From IMG/VR virus record IMGVR_UViG_3300019377_000001, positions 1-56,130 of that record: 56,130 bases of DNA. One strand, 5' to 3'. This DNA is from a virus. The notes beneath the pieces are model-generated. The model searched no databases. It had not been told where the DNA came from and saw only the letters and a program-made list of their open reading frames with translations. The translations under genes were made by a program, and so were the position numbers. Shown piece by piece: positions 15,502 to 24,049 of the stretch. Within the stretch, counting starts at the first letter, position 1; the number at the start of each line of letters is the position of its first letter.

Positions 15502-15959
15502 TCCTGCTGGTAGTCGGGGTGCGTGTCGTACAGGTGTGCCAGGTGCCGCAGCGTCCGCGATACCAGGTGGAGGATCGTGACCCGGGCATCAGGTTCGACC
15601 TGCCAGGCGTGGTCGATCGCGGTCCGCATGTTCGCGACGATGCGGCGCTTGGCCTTGATGTCACGGTCCGCCGCGGCGGGGTCGTGCGCGGCGATGAAGT
15701 GGCCGTTCGCGTCGGCCTCGTGCACCGGCAGCAGGCGCACGATGCTGCCGTCGTTCTCGGTCGGTGTCTCGTAGTGCATGTGCGCGATCGACCGGTCCGG
15801 GTCGTACAGCGCACCGCCGGGGATGGAGTCCACGTCGGAGTACCGCCACGGTGCTGGACTAGTCCCCTGCTGCAGGGCGTGCGTTTCGTCCAGGCGGTAC
15901 GTGAGGAAGTGGCACAGCTCGAGCAGGGCGTACTCGGCCTTCGGGTCGTACGAGCTCAC
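15480..15959 (-). CDS. Hypothetical protein (DUF6221-like)
   Basis: 159-aa ORF ...FIAAHDPAAADRDIKAKRRIV...LYDTHPDYQQEW. Confidence 0.7.
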   Translation of the reverse strand: MSSYDPKAEYALLELCHFLTYRLDETHALQQGTSPAPWRYSDVDSIPGGALYDPDRSIAHMHYETPTENDGSIVRLLPVHEADANGHFIAAHDPAAADRDIKAKRRIVANMRTAIDHAWQVEPDARVTILHLVSRTLRHLAHLYDTHPDYQQEWRLWSE

Positions 15960-16654
15960 TGCTTCTCCCCCGCTTGGATCGGTCCGAGCGCCACGTAGAG
16001 CCGGCCGACGATGCTCTGGACGACGTCGGCCACCCCCGCGGGGTGCGACTCCAGCATCAGGTCAGCCGTGACGCCACGGACCCGGGCCTCGCGGGCGGCA
16101 TACTCGCGGACGACGGCGGGCCACCCGGCCGAGATCTCGTCCACGTCGTAGACGGGGCCGGCCGCACGTAGCTGGGCGGCGTCGGCGGCGAAGTTGCGCA
16201 GGATCTGCGCGGTGAACGGCGCCTCGCGCTCGAGGTCGGCAGCGAGCGCCTCCAGGCGTTCCTCGAGCGGCCGGTCCGGGTAGTGCTCGGGTGGTGTGGG
16301 GGTGGACCGTTCGTGCCGGCCGAGGTGGTGGCGCTCGATCGACGCGATGCCGGCGTCGGGCATGACGTACCCGTTCACGAGCGGTACCCCGGCCTGGTCG
16401 ATGCGGACGTGCGGCGGGTACCCGAGCCTCTGGTCCACCTCCACGCGGGTGAGGTCGAACGGCTTCTTCAGCATGCCTGCCTCCGCGAGCGCCTCGGCCT
16501 GGTGGCGGGCGTGGGAGGGGCTGTTGGGGCCGGCGATGACGACGTCGGGGCAGGCGGGGCACCGGTAGCTCGTCGGCGTCGAGTCGGCCGGGTAGGCGGG
16601 GATGCTGGGGTGCTGGACGAGCAGCGCGGCGGCGTTGGTGACGGGTGCGGTCAT
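15956..16654 (-). CDS. Hypothetical protein
   Basis: I trimmed the ORF to the ATG at 16654 (ATGA overlap). 232 aa with normal composition. Confidence 0.65.
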   Translation of the reverse strand: MTAPVTNAAALLVQHPSIPAYPADSTPTSYRCPACPDVVIAGPNSPSHARHQAEALAEAGMLKKPFDLTRVEVDQRLGYPPHVRIDQAGVPLVNGYVMPDAGIASIERHHLGRHERSTPTPPEHYPDRPLEERLEALAADLEREAPFTAQILRNFAADAAQLRAAGPVYDVDEISAGWPAVVREYAAREARVRGVTADLMLESHPAGVADVVQSIVGRLYVALGPIQAGEKQ

Positions 16655-17019
16655 GGTCGGTCCTTCTGGGGTGTCCAGGGCAACGGCAGGCCGTCGCCCA
16701 TGTGGCGGGGTACGAGGTGTACGTGGAGGTGGAGCACGGTCTGGGTCGCGGCCTCGCCGCGGGACGTGATCAGGTTCATCGCGTCGCCGTACTCGGCGGC
16801 GACCTGCGCGGCGTACGCCATGGTGATCGCGGTGACGTGCGGCTCGGCGGCGAAGTCGGGGACGTGCTTGCTCGGGATGACGAGGAGGTGCCCCGCGACG
16901 ACGGGCTCGAGCGGACGGATCACGAGCATCGGGTAGCTGCCGCCGAGCGACGACTTGAAGATGTCGGCGGGCGCGCGGCCGGCGAAGATCTCGCAGAACG
17001 GGCACGGGTCGGTGGTCAC
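16651..17019 (-). CDS. HIT-family (histidine triad) nucleotide hydrolase/transferase
   Basis: HLHVHLVPR histidine triad and N-terminal CPFCEI. The GTG at 17019 overlaps the upstream TGA. Confidence 0.75.
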   Translation of the reverse strand: MTTDPCPFCEIFAGRAPADIFKSSLGGSYPMLVIRPLEPVVAGHLLVIPSKHVPDFAAEPHVTAITMAYAAQVAAEYGDAMNLITSRGEAATQTVLHLHVHLVPRHMGDGLPLPWTPQKDRP

Positions 17020-17537
17020 ATCACTCCGAACGGGAAGGTCCGCTCGCGCGTGACGGCGACCAGGACGCGGGCCCGGACACGGAGCATCTGGGCGAGGGTC
17101 GTGTTCAGGAGGCGCTCGATGCCTTGGTCGGCCAGGTTCTGGGCCTCGTCCGCGAGGTTGAGGAGCAGCTCGGCGCCGTACGTCTGCTGGGGGCCGGGCG
17201 GGGCGCACGGGCCGCGGTGCGCGTACCGCAGGGGGCACGACATGTTGCTGCAGGGCTTCTCCCCCGGGCGTCGCGGCTCGGTGTCCGCGAGCTCGGCGGG
17301 CGTCAGGCCCGACGTCGGCACATCGTCGCACCCGCACGTGGACGTGTGGCGGTCGCTGTGCTTCCCGTCCACGCCGAGCGGGCGGTGGCGGTCGCACTCG
17401 TTGATCAGGCGCTGCAGGCGGTCGCCGTGCTCGCGCTTGCGGCCGTCGTCGGGCGCCCGCAGGACGAGGCCCTGCGCGACGCACAGCGTTTCCCGAAGCA
17501 TCTTCGGGTCGTCGGGCACGGTGTAGCTCGTGGTCAC
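17016..17537 (-). CDS. Hypothetical protein
   Basis: 173-aa ORF with a GTG start, translationally coupled on both sides. Confidence 0.65.
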   Translation of the reverse strand: MTTSYTVPDDPKMLRETLCVAQGLVLRAPDDGRKREHGDRLQRLINECDRHRPLGVDGKHSDRHTSTCGCDDVPTSGLTPAELADTEPRRPGEKPCSNMSCPLRYAHRGPCAPPGPQQTYGAELLLNLADEAQNLADQGIERLLNTTLAQMLRVRARVLVAVTRERTFPFGVM

Positions 17538-17761
17538 TGGTCAGTTCCTCCGTCGTCGGGCACGGCGGGCGGGAACCAGCCGTGCAGGTCACAGTCGGGG
17601 CAGCGCCGGTTGCTCCACCCGGTGGCGAGCCGGTGCTGCGCGACGTCGGACGCGTCAACGTACCCATCGGGCAGCGGGTGGTCGTGCGCGACGTTCGGGC
17701 AGTCGGTGCCGCGAGCGCCGGGCCTGGTGTCGCCGCCGCAGATGAAGGTGGGGCGCTTCAC
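17534..17761 (-). CDS. Hypothetical Cys-containing protein
   Basis: 75-aa ORF with ...CPDCDLHGW. Confidence 0.6.
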   Translation of the reverse strand: MKRPTFICGGDTRPGARGTDCPNVAHDHPLPDGYVDASDVAQHRLATGWSNRRCPDCDLHGWFPPAVPDDGGTDQ

Positions 17762-18384
17762 GTGTCGTCGCCCTCCGTGTCAGCGAGGCGTGCCCGCACG
17801 ACGGCGCCCTGGCGGGTCCTGGTCTGCCCGTCAGGGTGGAGCCAGGGGTGGTTCGCGCGGATCCCGTCGACGGGTGACCAGTACGCCTGGAAGTGGACCT
17901 CGTTGCCGGTCATGACGTGGTAGCGGGCGCCGACACGCAGCGTGGTCGGGATGCCGGGGCGGTGCTCGGTCAGGGTCCAGTCGTCGGGGCCGGTGCCGAC
18001 GAGGTAGGGCAGGCCGCGGCCGTACAGGTACAGGTGCGTGCCGCGAGCGCCGAGCTCGACGCCGGTCACGCGCCCGCTGATGATGCCTCCGTGGCGGGTC
18101 AGGGTGACGTCGTCGTGCGGCTCGACGCGCCAGATCTCGGGGGGCACGGCTGGTTCGTTCATGGGCTCCTCGGAGGTCGGGTCAGGGGACGGCACCAGGG
18201 CGTAGCTCGCCTTGGCGGTGTTCCGGGACGCCTCCGCCACGCGGGCGAACACTGCCGTGAGCTCGCGGAACGCGTACGTGCCGGCGCGGGTGACGTTGTG
18301 CCAGGCGCGGTGCAGGTCGGTGGACTGCTGCGTGACGGGCCACAGGGGGCCGATGAAGTCGCAGTCGGGGCACGGGTCATCCAC
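17758..18384 (-). CDS. Hypothetical protein
   Basis: 208-aa ORF with N-terminal CPDCDF. Confidence 0.65.
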   Translation of the reverse strand: MDDPCPDCDFIGPLWPVTQQSTDLHRAWHNVTRAGTYAFRELTAVFARVAEASRNTAKASYALVPSPDPTSEEPMNEPAVPPEIWRVEPHDDVTLTRHGGIISGRVTGVELGARGTHLYLYGRGLPYLVGTGPDDWTLTEHRPGIPTTLRVGARYHVMTGNEVHFQAYWSPVDGIRANHPWLHPDGQTRTRQGAVVRARLADTEGDDT

Positions 18385-18646
18385 CGGGCAGCTCCTCCAC
18401 CTCGAGCTCGATGGTGTGGACGGTGATGTACCCCCACCACCGGCCGCAGGTCGCGCAGTGGTACGTGCCGCCGACGACGTCGGCCGTGTCGCGGCAGTCC
18501 GTGCAGGGGCACTCGTTCATGGTGGTGGTGGTGCCGCAGTGCCAGCAGTCCTCCGGCGCCGGCGCCGCGGGCGGTGGGCCGGCGGGCGCGGACGCGTCCT
18601 CGACGTGACACCCCCAGAAGTGGGGCGGTGGGTACTTGTCGGGCAT
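18377..18646 (-). CDS. Cys-rich zinc-binding protein
   Basis: I trimmed the ORF to the ATG at 18646 (MPDKYPPPHFWGCH...CWHCG...CPCTDC...CATCG). Confidence 0.55.
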   Translation of the reverse strand: MPDKYPPPHFWGCHVEDASAPAGPPPAAPAPEDCWHCGTTTTMNECPCTDCRDTADVVGGTYHCATCGRWWGYITVHTIELEVEELPGG

Positions 18647-18813
18647 CAGTGTCCTTTCCAGTTTGTGGGGTCCAGGGTGCCGCCGACGAGGAACACGAGC
18701 ACGACGGACAGGAACATCGTTGCGAGCAGGCACGCGGTCCAGATCGCGAGCTGCAGGAGCAGCCAGAGCACGGCGACCAGGAGGCCGCCGTGCAGTGGTG
18801 TGCGACTACCCAT
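18646..18813 (-). CDS. Small membrane protein (55 aa); below the ORF-track size cutoff
   Basis: MGSRTPLHGGLLVAVLWLLLQLAIWTACLLATMFLSVVLVFLVGG..., with an ATGA overlap with the next gene. Confidence 0.5.
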   Translation of the reverse strand: MGSRTPLHGGLLVAVLWLLLQLAIWTACLLATMFLSVVLVFLVGGTLDPTNWKGH

Positions 18814-18982
18814 CGACGGTCTTTCGGTAGTCGTCGGGGCTGAGGTAGGTGACGCAGACCTCCCCCGGTACCGACCAGTCCACGTCCACGATCTGCTGGT
18901 TGTCGTCCAGCATGAACGCGCCCGAGTACGCGCCGACGTACTCCGGGTCCTCCTCCGCGTTGTAGTCCGTGCTCACCCACAT
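18806..18982 (-). CDS. Hypothetical protein
   Basis: I trimmed the ORF to the ATG at 18982 (MWVSTDYNAEEDPEYVG...). Confidence 0.55.
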   Translation of the reverse strand: MWVSTDYNAEEDPEYVGAYSGAFMLDDNQQIVDVDWSVPGEVCVTYLSPDDYRKTVDG

Positions 18983-19008
18983 GCGGTGCAGCCGGACCCG
19001 ACGACGGG

Positions 19009-19158
19009 TCACAGGACGTCCGCCGTGAACGCCCAGACGACGAACTCCCCCGCGGTGCTGACGGCGGCCACCACGACCTGCTCGTGCCCCGTCGCGATCA
19101 GCGTCGCGACGGCCGCCGACCCGATCGTGAGCACCCAGCTCCTCCAGCTCGTGTCCAT
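19009..19158 (-). CDS. Small membrane protein
   Basis: I trimmed the ORF to the ATG at 19158 (MDTSWRSWVLTIGSAAVATLIATG...). Confidence 0.45.
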   Translation of the reverse strand: MDTSWRSWVLTIGSAAVATLIATGHEQVVVAAVSTAGEFVVWAFTADVL

Positions 19159-19270
19159 GCGCGTTGCCCTCCTGTGGTCGTGTGCGTGCGAACACCCCAC
19201 AGTTTGCCACATCCACGTGTGTTGTGCGAACATGGGCTTGGAAATGAACCACTAGCGAGAGGGGTGCGTC

Positions 19271-19510
19271 ATGGACCACCTAGCGGAGGTCAACCGCCTG
19301 GCCCGGAAGTTCGAGGAGGCGAAGGCAGATATGGAAGAGGCCATGGAGGAGCGCAACATGGCGATCCGGGTAGCTCGTGCGAACAGGTACGGGCCCGGGG
19401 ATATCGGGGAGCGGGCTGGCCTGACTCCCGAGCAGGTCCGGCGCATCGTGCAGACGCAGCGCGGGCAGTCCACGGCGCAGAAGCGTCGCCCGAAGAGCCC
19501 CACGAGCTGA
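19271..19510 (+). CDS. Helix-turn-helix DNA-binding protein
   Basis: 79 aa with ...GPGDIGERAGLTPEQVRRIV... (HTH-like). It is the first gene of the plus-strand island. Confidence 0.55.
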   Translation: MDHLAEVNRLARKFEEAKADMEEAMEERNMAIRVARANRYGPGDIGERAGLTPEQVRRIVQTQRGQSTAQKRRPKSPTS

Positions 19511-19616
19511 ACAAAGGCGCGGCCCCCACGGACTGACATCGCATGGGGGCCACTGCCTGATGGCGACAGGCGTCTACCACTGTAGGCGCCACCGATCTGA
19601 CACGAGAGGTGGAACG

Positions 19617-19982
19617 ATGCTCTACGACATTACGGCCGTAGCGACGTGCATAGTCGCGCTGGTCTTCATCCTGTGGGACGGCCACATCAGCAAGATCGAG
19701 TCCTACATCCTGGCGGTCTGCTGCCTGATCCTCGGCGCAACGTCCTGGGTCGTGAACTTCCTGCAGGGGACCGTGTTCGCCCAGGACTGGAACGCGTACG
19801 TCGTCGCCGGTGTGCTCGGCGCCCTGGTGATCTGGCGCGGTCCCGCCGGCAAGGTCAAGGGGTTCATCCTCATGGCCTGCGCCCTGGTCCTCGGCTCGAC
19901 GGCCCTCGTCACGGGCATCCTGCCCCCGCTGGTCAACGGCATCTTCACCGCGATCGGCGTGTTCTTCACCGAGGGCCTCTGA
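19617..19982 (+). CDS. Integral membrane protein (about 4 TM)
   Basis: I trimmed the ORF to the ATG at 19617, after a GAGAGGTGGA SD. It is hydrophobic throughout. Confidence 0.7.
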   Translation: MLYDITAVATCIVALVFILWDGHISKIESYILAVCCLILGATSWVVNFLQGTVFAQDWNAYVVAGVLGALVIWRGPAGKVKGFILMACALVLGSTALVTGILPPLVNGIFTAIGVFFTEGL

Positions 19983-20006
19983 CGCCCCAGCATCACCCGC
20001 GAAGAC

Positions 20007-20062
20007 CAGAGCCCCGGACGGGGCGTGTACCCGGCAGGTGGCACGCAACGTCCGGGGCTCTG
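20007..20062 (+). promoter_or_regulatory. Long stem-loop between the membrane-protein gene and the translocase gene (attenuator or terminator candidate)
   Basis: Perfect 14-bp stem CAGAGCCCCGGACG / CGTCCGGGGCTCTG closing a 28-nt loop. Confidence 0.45.
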
Positions 20063-20118
20063 CCCCTTCGGAAAGAGACCACCACCCGCACGCACAGCGA
20101 GAAAGGAAAAGTCCCCAG

Positions 20119-22323
20119 ATGGCTAACGATGAGGTGCCGAACGACGGCACGCAAGATGGGGCCGAGACCACCGAGCGCGACGAGCTGCTGCAGATCGCGG
20201 ACGCGCTCGCAGAGGCCCAGGGCGACCTGTACATGGGGCCCGACGGGTCGATTTCCGCCGTGGACGCGATCGGCACCGAGCACATCGGCACGCTCACCGA
20301 CGCGGGCACCTGGGAGTGGGAGGACGCCTGCCCCGACGACGACACCACGGCCACCGGCAGCGAGCTCGTCGTCACGCAGGCGGTGCCCGACACGGACACC
20401 ACCCCCACGGGCACGCTGGAGCCCCGTGCACGCGTGATCCCGCCGTGGGTGGCCGACCGTCGGGTACTTCTCCCCTGGGTCGGTTCACGGGCCGTAGACG
20501 GCCTCGCGACCGCGACGTTCCACGTCGTGCGATCCCCCTGGTACACCCTCCGCGGCCTGGCCGGCGTCGTGCGCGGCACCGGCCGCTGGATCGCGCAGCA
20601 CGACGACGACGAGCAGCACAAGGCCGACCTCGCCGCGGCCGGGTCCGTCCGCGGCCGTTCCCGCCTGCGCGCGGCCCGCACCCGCGGCCGTGCCGTACGG
20701 CTCGGCGCGGCCATCGTGCCCGCCGGCGCCGTAGCTGCCTGGATCGAGTGGGGGCAGTGGGGCCTGGTCCCCGCCGTCGCGTGCTCGAGCGCGTACCTCG
20801 CCCTCGCGATCGCCGGGTGGCGTGCCGCCCGCGCCCGCACCCCGCGCGAGGCCGCGGCACAGCGTCGCAAGCTCCCCGCGCTGTCGCGTCCGTTCGTGAC
20901 CGAGGCGCTCGCCATCGTCGGGTGCGGTCCGGTGCAGCTCCCGTCCGGGGCGATGGCCGGCCCCGTGATCGTGTCGTCGTCCCCGACGCGTGGTGGTGAC
21001 GTGATGGTGGTGGACCTCCCGCCAGGCGCCGTCGTGTCGCGGCTGCTGAAGAAGCACGAGGAGTTTGCGCAGGCGCTCGGCCGGCCGGCGGAGTGCGTCG
21101 TGATCGAGCCCCTCCCCCGGGTGTCGCCGGGCCGGTTCGAGCTGTTCGTCGCGGCCAAGCGCCTGGACGAGAAGGGCGCGCCGGAGTGGGCCTGGGCCGG
21201 CGGGAAGGCGCGGTCGTTCTTCGACGGCGTGCCCGTCGGGTACGACGCGCGCGGCCGTGAGGTGGTGGTGCCGCTGTTCGAGGCGAACGGCCTCATCGCC
21301 GGCGCGTCCGGCATGGGCAAGTCGTACACGGCGCGGCTGCTGCTGATGGGCGCAGCGCTCGACCCGGGCGTGACGATCCTGATCCACAACCTCAAGGGAG
21401 GCCCGGACTACAAGGCGTTCGGACCCGTAGCTCACACGCTGCGGGCCGGGGCGTCGCCGGCCGACCTCGAGCAGCTCGTCGCGGACCTCGCGTGGATGCA
21501 GTCGGAGATCGGGCGTCGCGCGGCCGTGCTCGAGCGGCTGCCCGCGTCCGAGGTGCCGGAGGCGAAGCTGACGCCCACGGTCGCCGCGAGCGCCGGCATG
21601 GCGCCGGTGGTGCTGCTGGTGGACGAGGCGCAGCGGGCGTTCACGTCGCGGGAGGGGAAGCGGATCGCGGCGATGCTGGAGGACGTGGTTCGCACGGGCC
21701 GCGCCGTCGGGATGCACGTGCACCTGGTGACGCAGGGCACGAAGGAGGGCGCGATCCCGTCGGGCATCCTGGACCAGCTCGTGCACCGTGTGGGGCACGG
21801 CGTGACGACTATCTCGGACGCGAACCTGATCCTCGGGTCGGACGCGCACGGGCGTACGTACCGCGCGGTGGACATCGATACCCCGGGCATCGCGTACGTC
21901 GGTACGGCGGGCGGTCACATGGTGAAGGCGGCCATGGCGAAGGTGGACCTGCCCGACGTCGAGCGGGTCGTAGCTCGTGCGCTCGGGCTGCGGACGACGG
22001 CCGGCACCCTGTCGGGGATGGCGGCGGGCGAGCAGGACGCGGACACGAACGACGGCGGCCCGTCGTCGTTCCTGGCCGACGTGCTCGAGGTGTGGCCGGC
22101 GGTCGGCGGGTCGCCGCGGCGGAACGCGAGCTCGAAGGAGCTCGCGGAGCTGCTCGTGATGGCGGACCCCGCGGAGTACGACGGCCTGCAGGGCGACGAG
22201 GTGTCGCGGCGGATGTCGGACGCCGGCGTGAAGGTGTCCACGCAGCGGCTCCCTGACGGCAACGCACGGGGCGTGAAGCGGTCGGACGTCGTCCAGGCCG
22301 CCCGGGGCCTGGACGGGGCCTAG
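20119..22323 (+). CDS. FtsK/SpoIIIE-family dsDNA translocase, TraB-like
   Basis: Walker A GASGMGKS, Walker B VVLLVDEAQ, two N-terminal hydrophobic helices and a C-terminal winged-helix-like tail. The ATG at 20119 follows GAAAGGAAAA. Confidence 0.8.
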   Translation: MANDEVPNDGTQDGAETTERDELLQIADALAEAQGDLYMGPDGSISAVDAIGTEHIGTLTDAGTWEWEDACPDDDTTATGSELVVTQAVPDTDTTPTGTLEPRARVIPPWVADRRVLLPWVGSRAVDGLATATFHVVRSPWYTLRGLAGVVRGTGRWIAQHDDDEQHKADLAAAGSVRGRSRLRAARTRGRAVRLGAAIVPAGAVAAWIEWGQWGLVPAVACSSAYLALAIAGWRAARARTPREAAAQRRKLPALSRPFVTEALAIVGCGPVQLPSGAMAGPVIVSSSPTRGGDVMVVDLPPGAVVSRLLKKHEEFAQALGRPAECVVIEPLPRVSPGRFELFVAAKRLDEKGAPEWAWAGGKARSFFDGVPVGYDARGREVVVPLFEANGLIAGASGMGKSYTARLLLMGAALDPGVTILIHNLKGGPDYKAFGPVAHTLRAGASPADLEQLVADLAWMQSEIGRRAAVLERLPASEVPEAKLTPTVAASAGMAPVVLLVDEAQRAFTSREGKRIAAMLEDVVRTGRAVGMHVHLVTQGTKEGAIPSGILDQLVHRVGHGVTTISDANLILGSDAHGRTYRAVDIDTPGIAYVGTAGGHMVKAAMAKVDLPDVERVVARALGLRTTAGTLSGMAAGEQDADTNDGGPSSFLADVLEVWPAVGGSPRRNASSKELAELLVMADPAEYDGLQGDEVSRRMSDAGVKVSTQRLPDGNARGVKRSDVVQAARGLDGA

Positions 22324-22360
22324 GATCGCCGCAGGGACGTTCTGAGCCGACGCCCGCCTG

Positions 22361-22405
22361 AACAGCGAACCCCCCACGCACCAGGTGCGTGGGGGGTTCG
22401 CTGTT
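22361..22405. terminator. Bidirectional terminator between convergent genes
   Basis: Perfect 21-bp stem AACAGCGAACCCCCCACGCAC / GTGCGTGGGGGGTTCGCTGTT with a 3-nt loop. Confidence 0.75.
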
Positions 22406-22415
22406 GCCGGGGGTG

Positions 22416-22559
22416 TCAGTCGGTGACCTCGACGCGTTCGATCGCGGGGTCGGTGTCCTCGTATCCCTTGTACCGGGCGATCACCTTCGGGTCGTACGTC
22501 TCGAACGACGGGGCGCTGGTGCCGTCCTTGTAGTGGATCTGGACCGTTGCCACGGTCAC
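22416..22559 (-). CDS. Hypothetical small protein
   Basis: I trimmed the ORF to the GTG at 22559 (GTGA overlap). 47 aa, VTVATVQIHYKDGTSAPSFETYDPK... Confidence 0.5.
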   Translation of the reverse strand: MTVATVQIHYKDGTSAPSFETYDPKVIARYKGYEDTDPAIERVEVTD

Positions 22560-22780
22560 TCCTCTCGGATCGGGATCGTGATGCTGCTCTTGGCGGGCAT
22601 CACGTCCAGGTGGATGTGGTCGAGCCGGGCGAGGTCGATCGTCGTCGTGATCTCCCACTGGTGGATGCCGCCCTTGAGGCCGCCGTAGACGAGCTCGCAC
22701 GGGACGCGCTCGCCGTCGAGGTACACGATGGTCGTTCCCTGGGGGCCCACGATGACGTCGGCCTGGATGTCGTCGGTCAC
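22556..22780 (-). CDS. Hypothetical protein
   Basis: 74-aa ORF with normal composition, translationally coupled. Confidence 0.65.
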   Translation of the reverse strand: MTDDIQADVIVGPQGTTIVYLDGERVPCELVYGGLKGGIHQWEITTTIDLARLDHIHLDVMPAKSSITIPIREE

Positions 22781-23019
22781 GCGTTCACCTGTTCCCGGTA
22801 GGTGCGGATGTTCTCGCGCAGGGTGTACCCGGCGCGGAGCGCGTCGACGGTCGCGATCATGCTGCCGTCGTGCGCGAGCCGAGCGTTCGCGGTGTCCCAG
22901 TCGATCGCGGCGTTCAGGACGTTCGCCAGGACGTGGTCGCCGTCGGCGCCGGGGACCTCTACGGGTGCCCGGGTAGCTGACGCGGTCTGCTCGTCCTCGG
23001 TCTCGGGGCTGGTGGTCAT
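22777..23019 (-). CDS. Hypothetical protein
   Basis: I trimmed the ORF to the ATG at 23019, after a GGGAGG SD. 80 aa. Confidence 0.65.
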   Translation of the reverse strand: MTTSPETEDEQTASATRAPVEVPGADGDHVLANVLNAAIDWDTANARLAHDGSMIATVDALRAGYTLRENIRTYREQVNA

Positions 23020-23102
23020 GCTGCCTCCCTGGTGTGTAGGTGGTGGGTGCAGGAACGCCGCGAGCGCCGGGCTGGTGGGCCCGACGCTCGCGGCGCGGTG
23101 GG

Positions 23103-23357
23103 TCAGAGCGTGATCTTGTAGAGCCGCAGGGCTGCCGCGAGGTGCGGGTTGCTGCTCTTGCGGGCCTGGGCGGTGAACTGGTCGCGCAGACGGGCGGCCT
23201 GCGCGCCGTTCTTCCGTGACAGGTCGGCCAGACCCGGCAGGCCCGCCTTGGTGTAGATGCCGACGTGCTCGGCGGCGGAGGCCGCGAGGTCGGTGTTGTG
23301 GCGGAGGCCCGCGGCGATGTCGAACGCGGCCTGGCGGGTGTGGGTGGTGGTGGTCAT
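23103..23357 (-). CDS. Hypothetical protein
   Basis: I trimmed the ORF to the ATG at 23357, after AGGAGGCCACC. It is the first gene behind cassette A. Confidence 0.65.
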   Translation of the reverse strand: MTTTTHTRQAAFDIAAGLRHNTDLAASAAEHVGIYTKAGLPGLADLSRKNGAQAARLRDQFTAQARKSSNPHLAAALRLYKITL

Positions 23358-23378
23358 GGTGGCCTCCTGGCCTAGTCG

Positions 23379-23439
23379 GTCGGGACGGGTTCCCGGACCT
23401 CGTGACAGAACGGTACCACATGCATGTGGGATGAGTGAA
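23379..23439 (-). promoter_or_regulatory. Conserved promoter-operator-leader cassette, copy A
   Basis: Sense strand reads TTCACT-18 nt-TACCGT. Palindrome CCACATGCATGTGG at 23416-23429. Bulged hairpin at 23379-23398. Confidence 0.6.
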
Positions 23440-23469
23440 GCGGCACCCCGGGGTGTACCGGGGTGCCGC
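23440..23469 (-). terminator. Hairpin terminating the unit upstream of cassette A
   Basis: Perfect 12-bp stem GCGGCACCCCGG / CCGGGGTGCCGC. Confidence 0.55.
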
Positions 23470-23479
23470 CGTGGTCGTG

Positions 23480-23785
23480 TCAGCGCAGGCGCAGGGTGCG
23501 GGGCTTGTAGGCGTCCTCGGCCACGCGGTGGACCCGCAGGGCCGCGAGCGCCTCCTTCTTCGCGGCGCGGAGGCCGTCGGCGTTGCCGCTGCCGACGATG
23601 TCGCCGTCGTCGTTCATCGCGGCCCAGCCGCGCACGTTGCTCGCGAGCTGCCAGGACGTCTGGCGGACCTTGGCGCTGATCTCCACGATGCGAGCCCCGG
23701 CGTCGTTGTACCCGTAGGTCTCGCCCTCGAACGTCTCCCACTCGGTGACGGGGGCCTCGGCGGGGGTGGCGGTCTGGGTGGTCAT
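23480..23785 (-). CDS. Hypothetical protein (single-gene unit)
   Basis: 101-aa ORF with its ATG after GGGAGACACC, bracketed by cassette B and a terminator. Confidence 0.7.
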   Translation of the reverse strand: MTTQTATPAEAPVTEWETFEGETYGYNDAGARIVEISAKVRQTSWQLASNVRGWAAMNDDGDIVGSGNADGLRAAKKEALAALRVHRVAEDAYKPRTLRLR

Positions 23786-23805
23786 GGTGTCTCCCGTGGG
23801 ACTGG

Positions 23806-23865
23806 GCCGGGACTGGTTCCCTGGCCGTGTGACTCAACCGTACCACATGCATGTGGGGTTGTGGA
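23806..23865 (-). promoter_or_regulatory. Conserved promoter-operator-leader cassette, copy B
   Basis: Sense strand reads TCCACA-17 nt-TACGGT. Palindrome at 23843-23856. Bulged hairpin at 23806-23825. Confidence 0.6.
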
Positions 23866-23867
23866 GC

Positions 23868-23900
23868 GGGCCCCGATTCCGGATTCCGGAATCGGGGCCC
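23868..23900 (-). terminator. Hairpin terminator
   Basis: Perfect 15-bp stem GGGCCCCGATTCCGG / CCGGAATCGGGGCCC. Confidence 0.55.
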
Positions 23901-23908
23901 GTAGCTCG

Positions 23909-24049
23909 TCAGGGCTGGCTGGCGACTAGGAGGCCGAGCAGCACCAGCACGACGAGCGCGATCGTGAGGCCGGCGCGGAACGACTTCGCCCGCTTGAACA
24001 GGATCATGGCGCCAGCGATGACGGCGATGAACACGAAGAGCTCGTTCAC
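23909..24049 (-). CDS. Small membrane protein (46 aa)
   Basis: The GTG at 24049 overlaps the upstream TGA. VNELFVFIAVIAGAMILF...LTIALVVLVLLGLLVA. Confidence 0.5.
   Translation of the reverse strand: MNELFVFIAVIAGAMILFKRAKSFRAGLTIALVVLVLLGLLVASQP

Noticed and set aside
17758-18384. Splitting the 208-aa ORF into two genes at the internal MNEPAVPPEIW
   Set aside because: Both halves are in the same frame with no stop between them, and there is no convincing internal RBS. I kept it as one CDS.
19290-21395. 701-aa minus-strand ORF antisense to the HTH, membrane and translocase genes
   Set aside because: It has Arg/Pro/Ala/Ser-rich low-complexity composition and no RBS. It overlaps well-supported plus-strand genes carrying Walker motifs. 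The same reasoning rejects 6501..8096 and 6749..7981 (antisense to the portal), 47054..48838 (antisense to the tape measure), 53873..55579 and 54258..55589 (antisense to the capsid gene), 37583..39067, 28376..30403 and 41159..42364.
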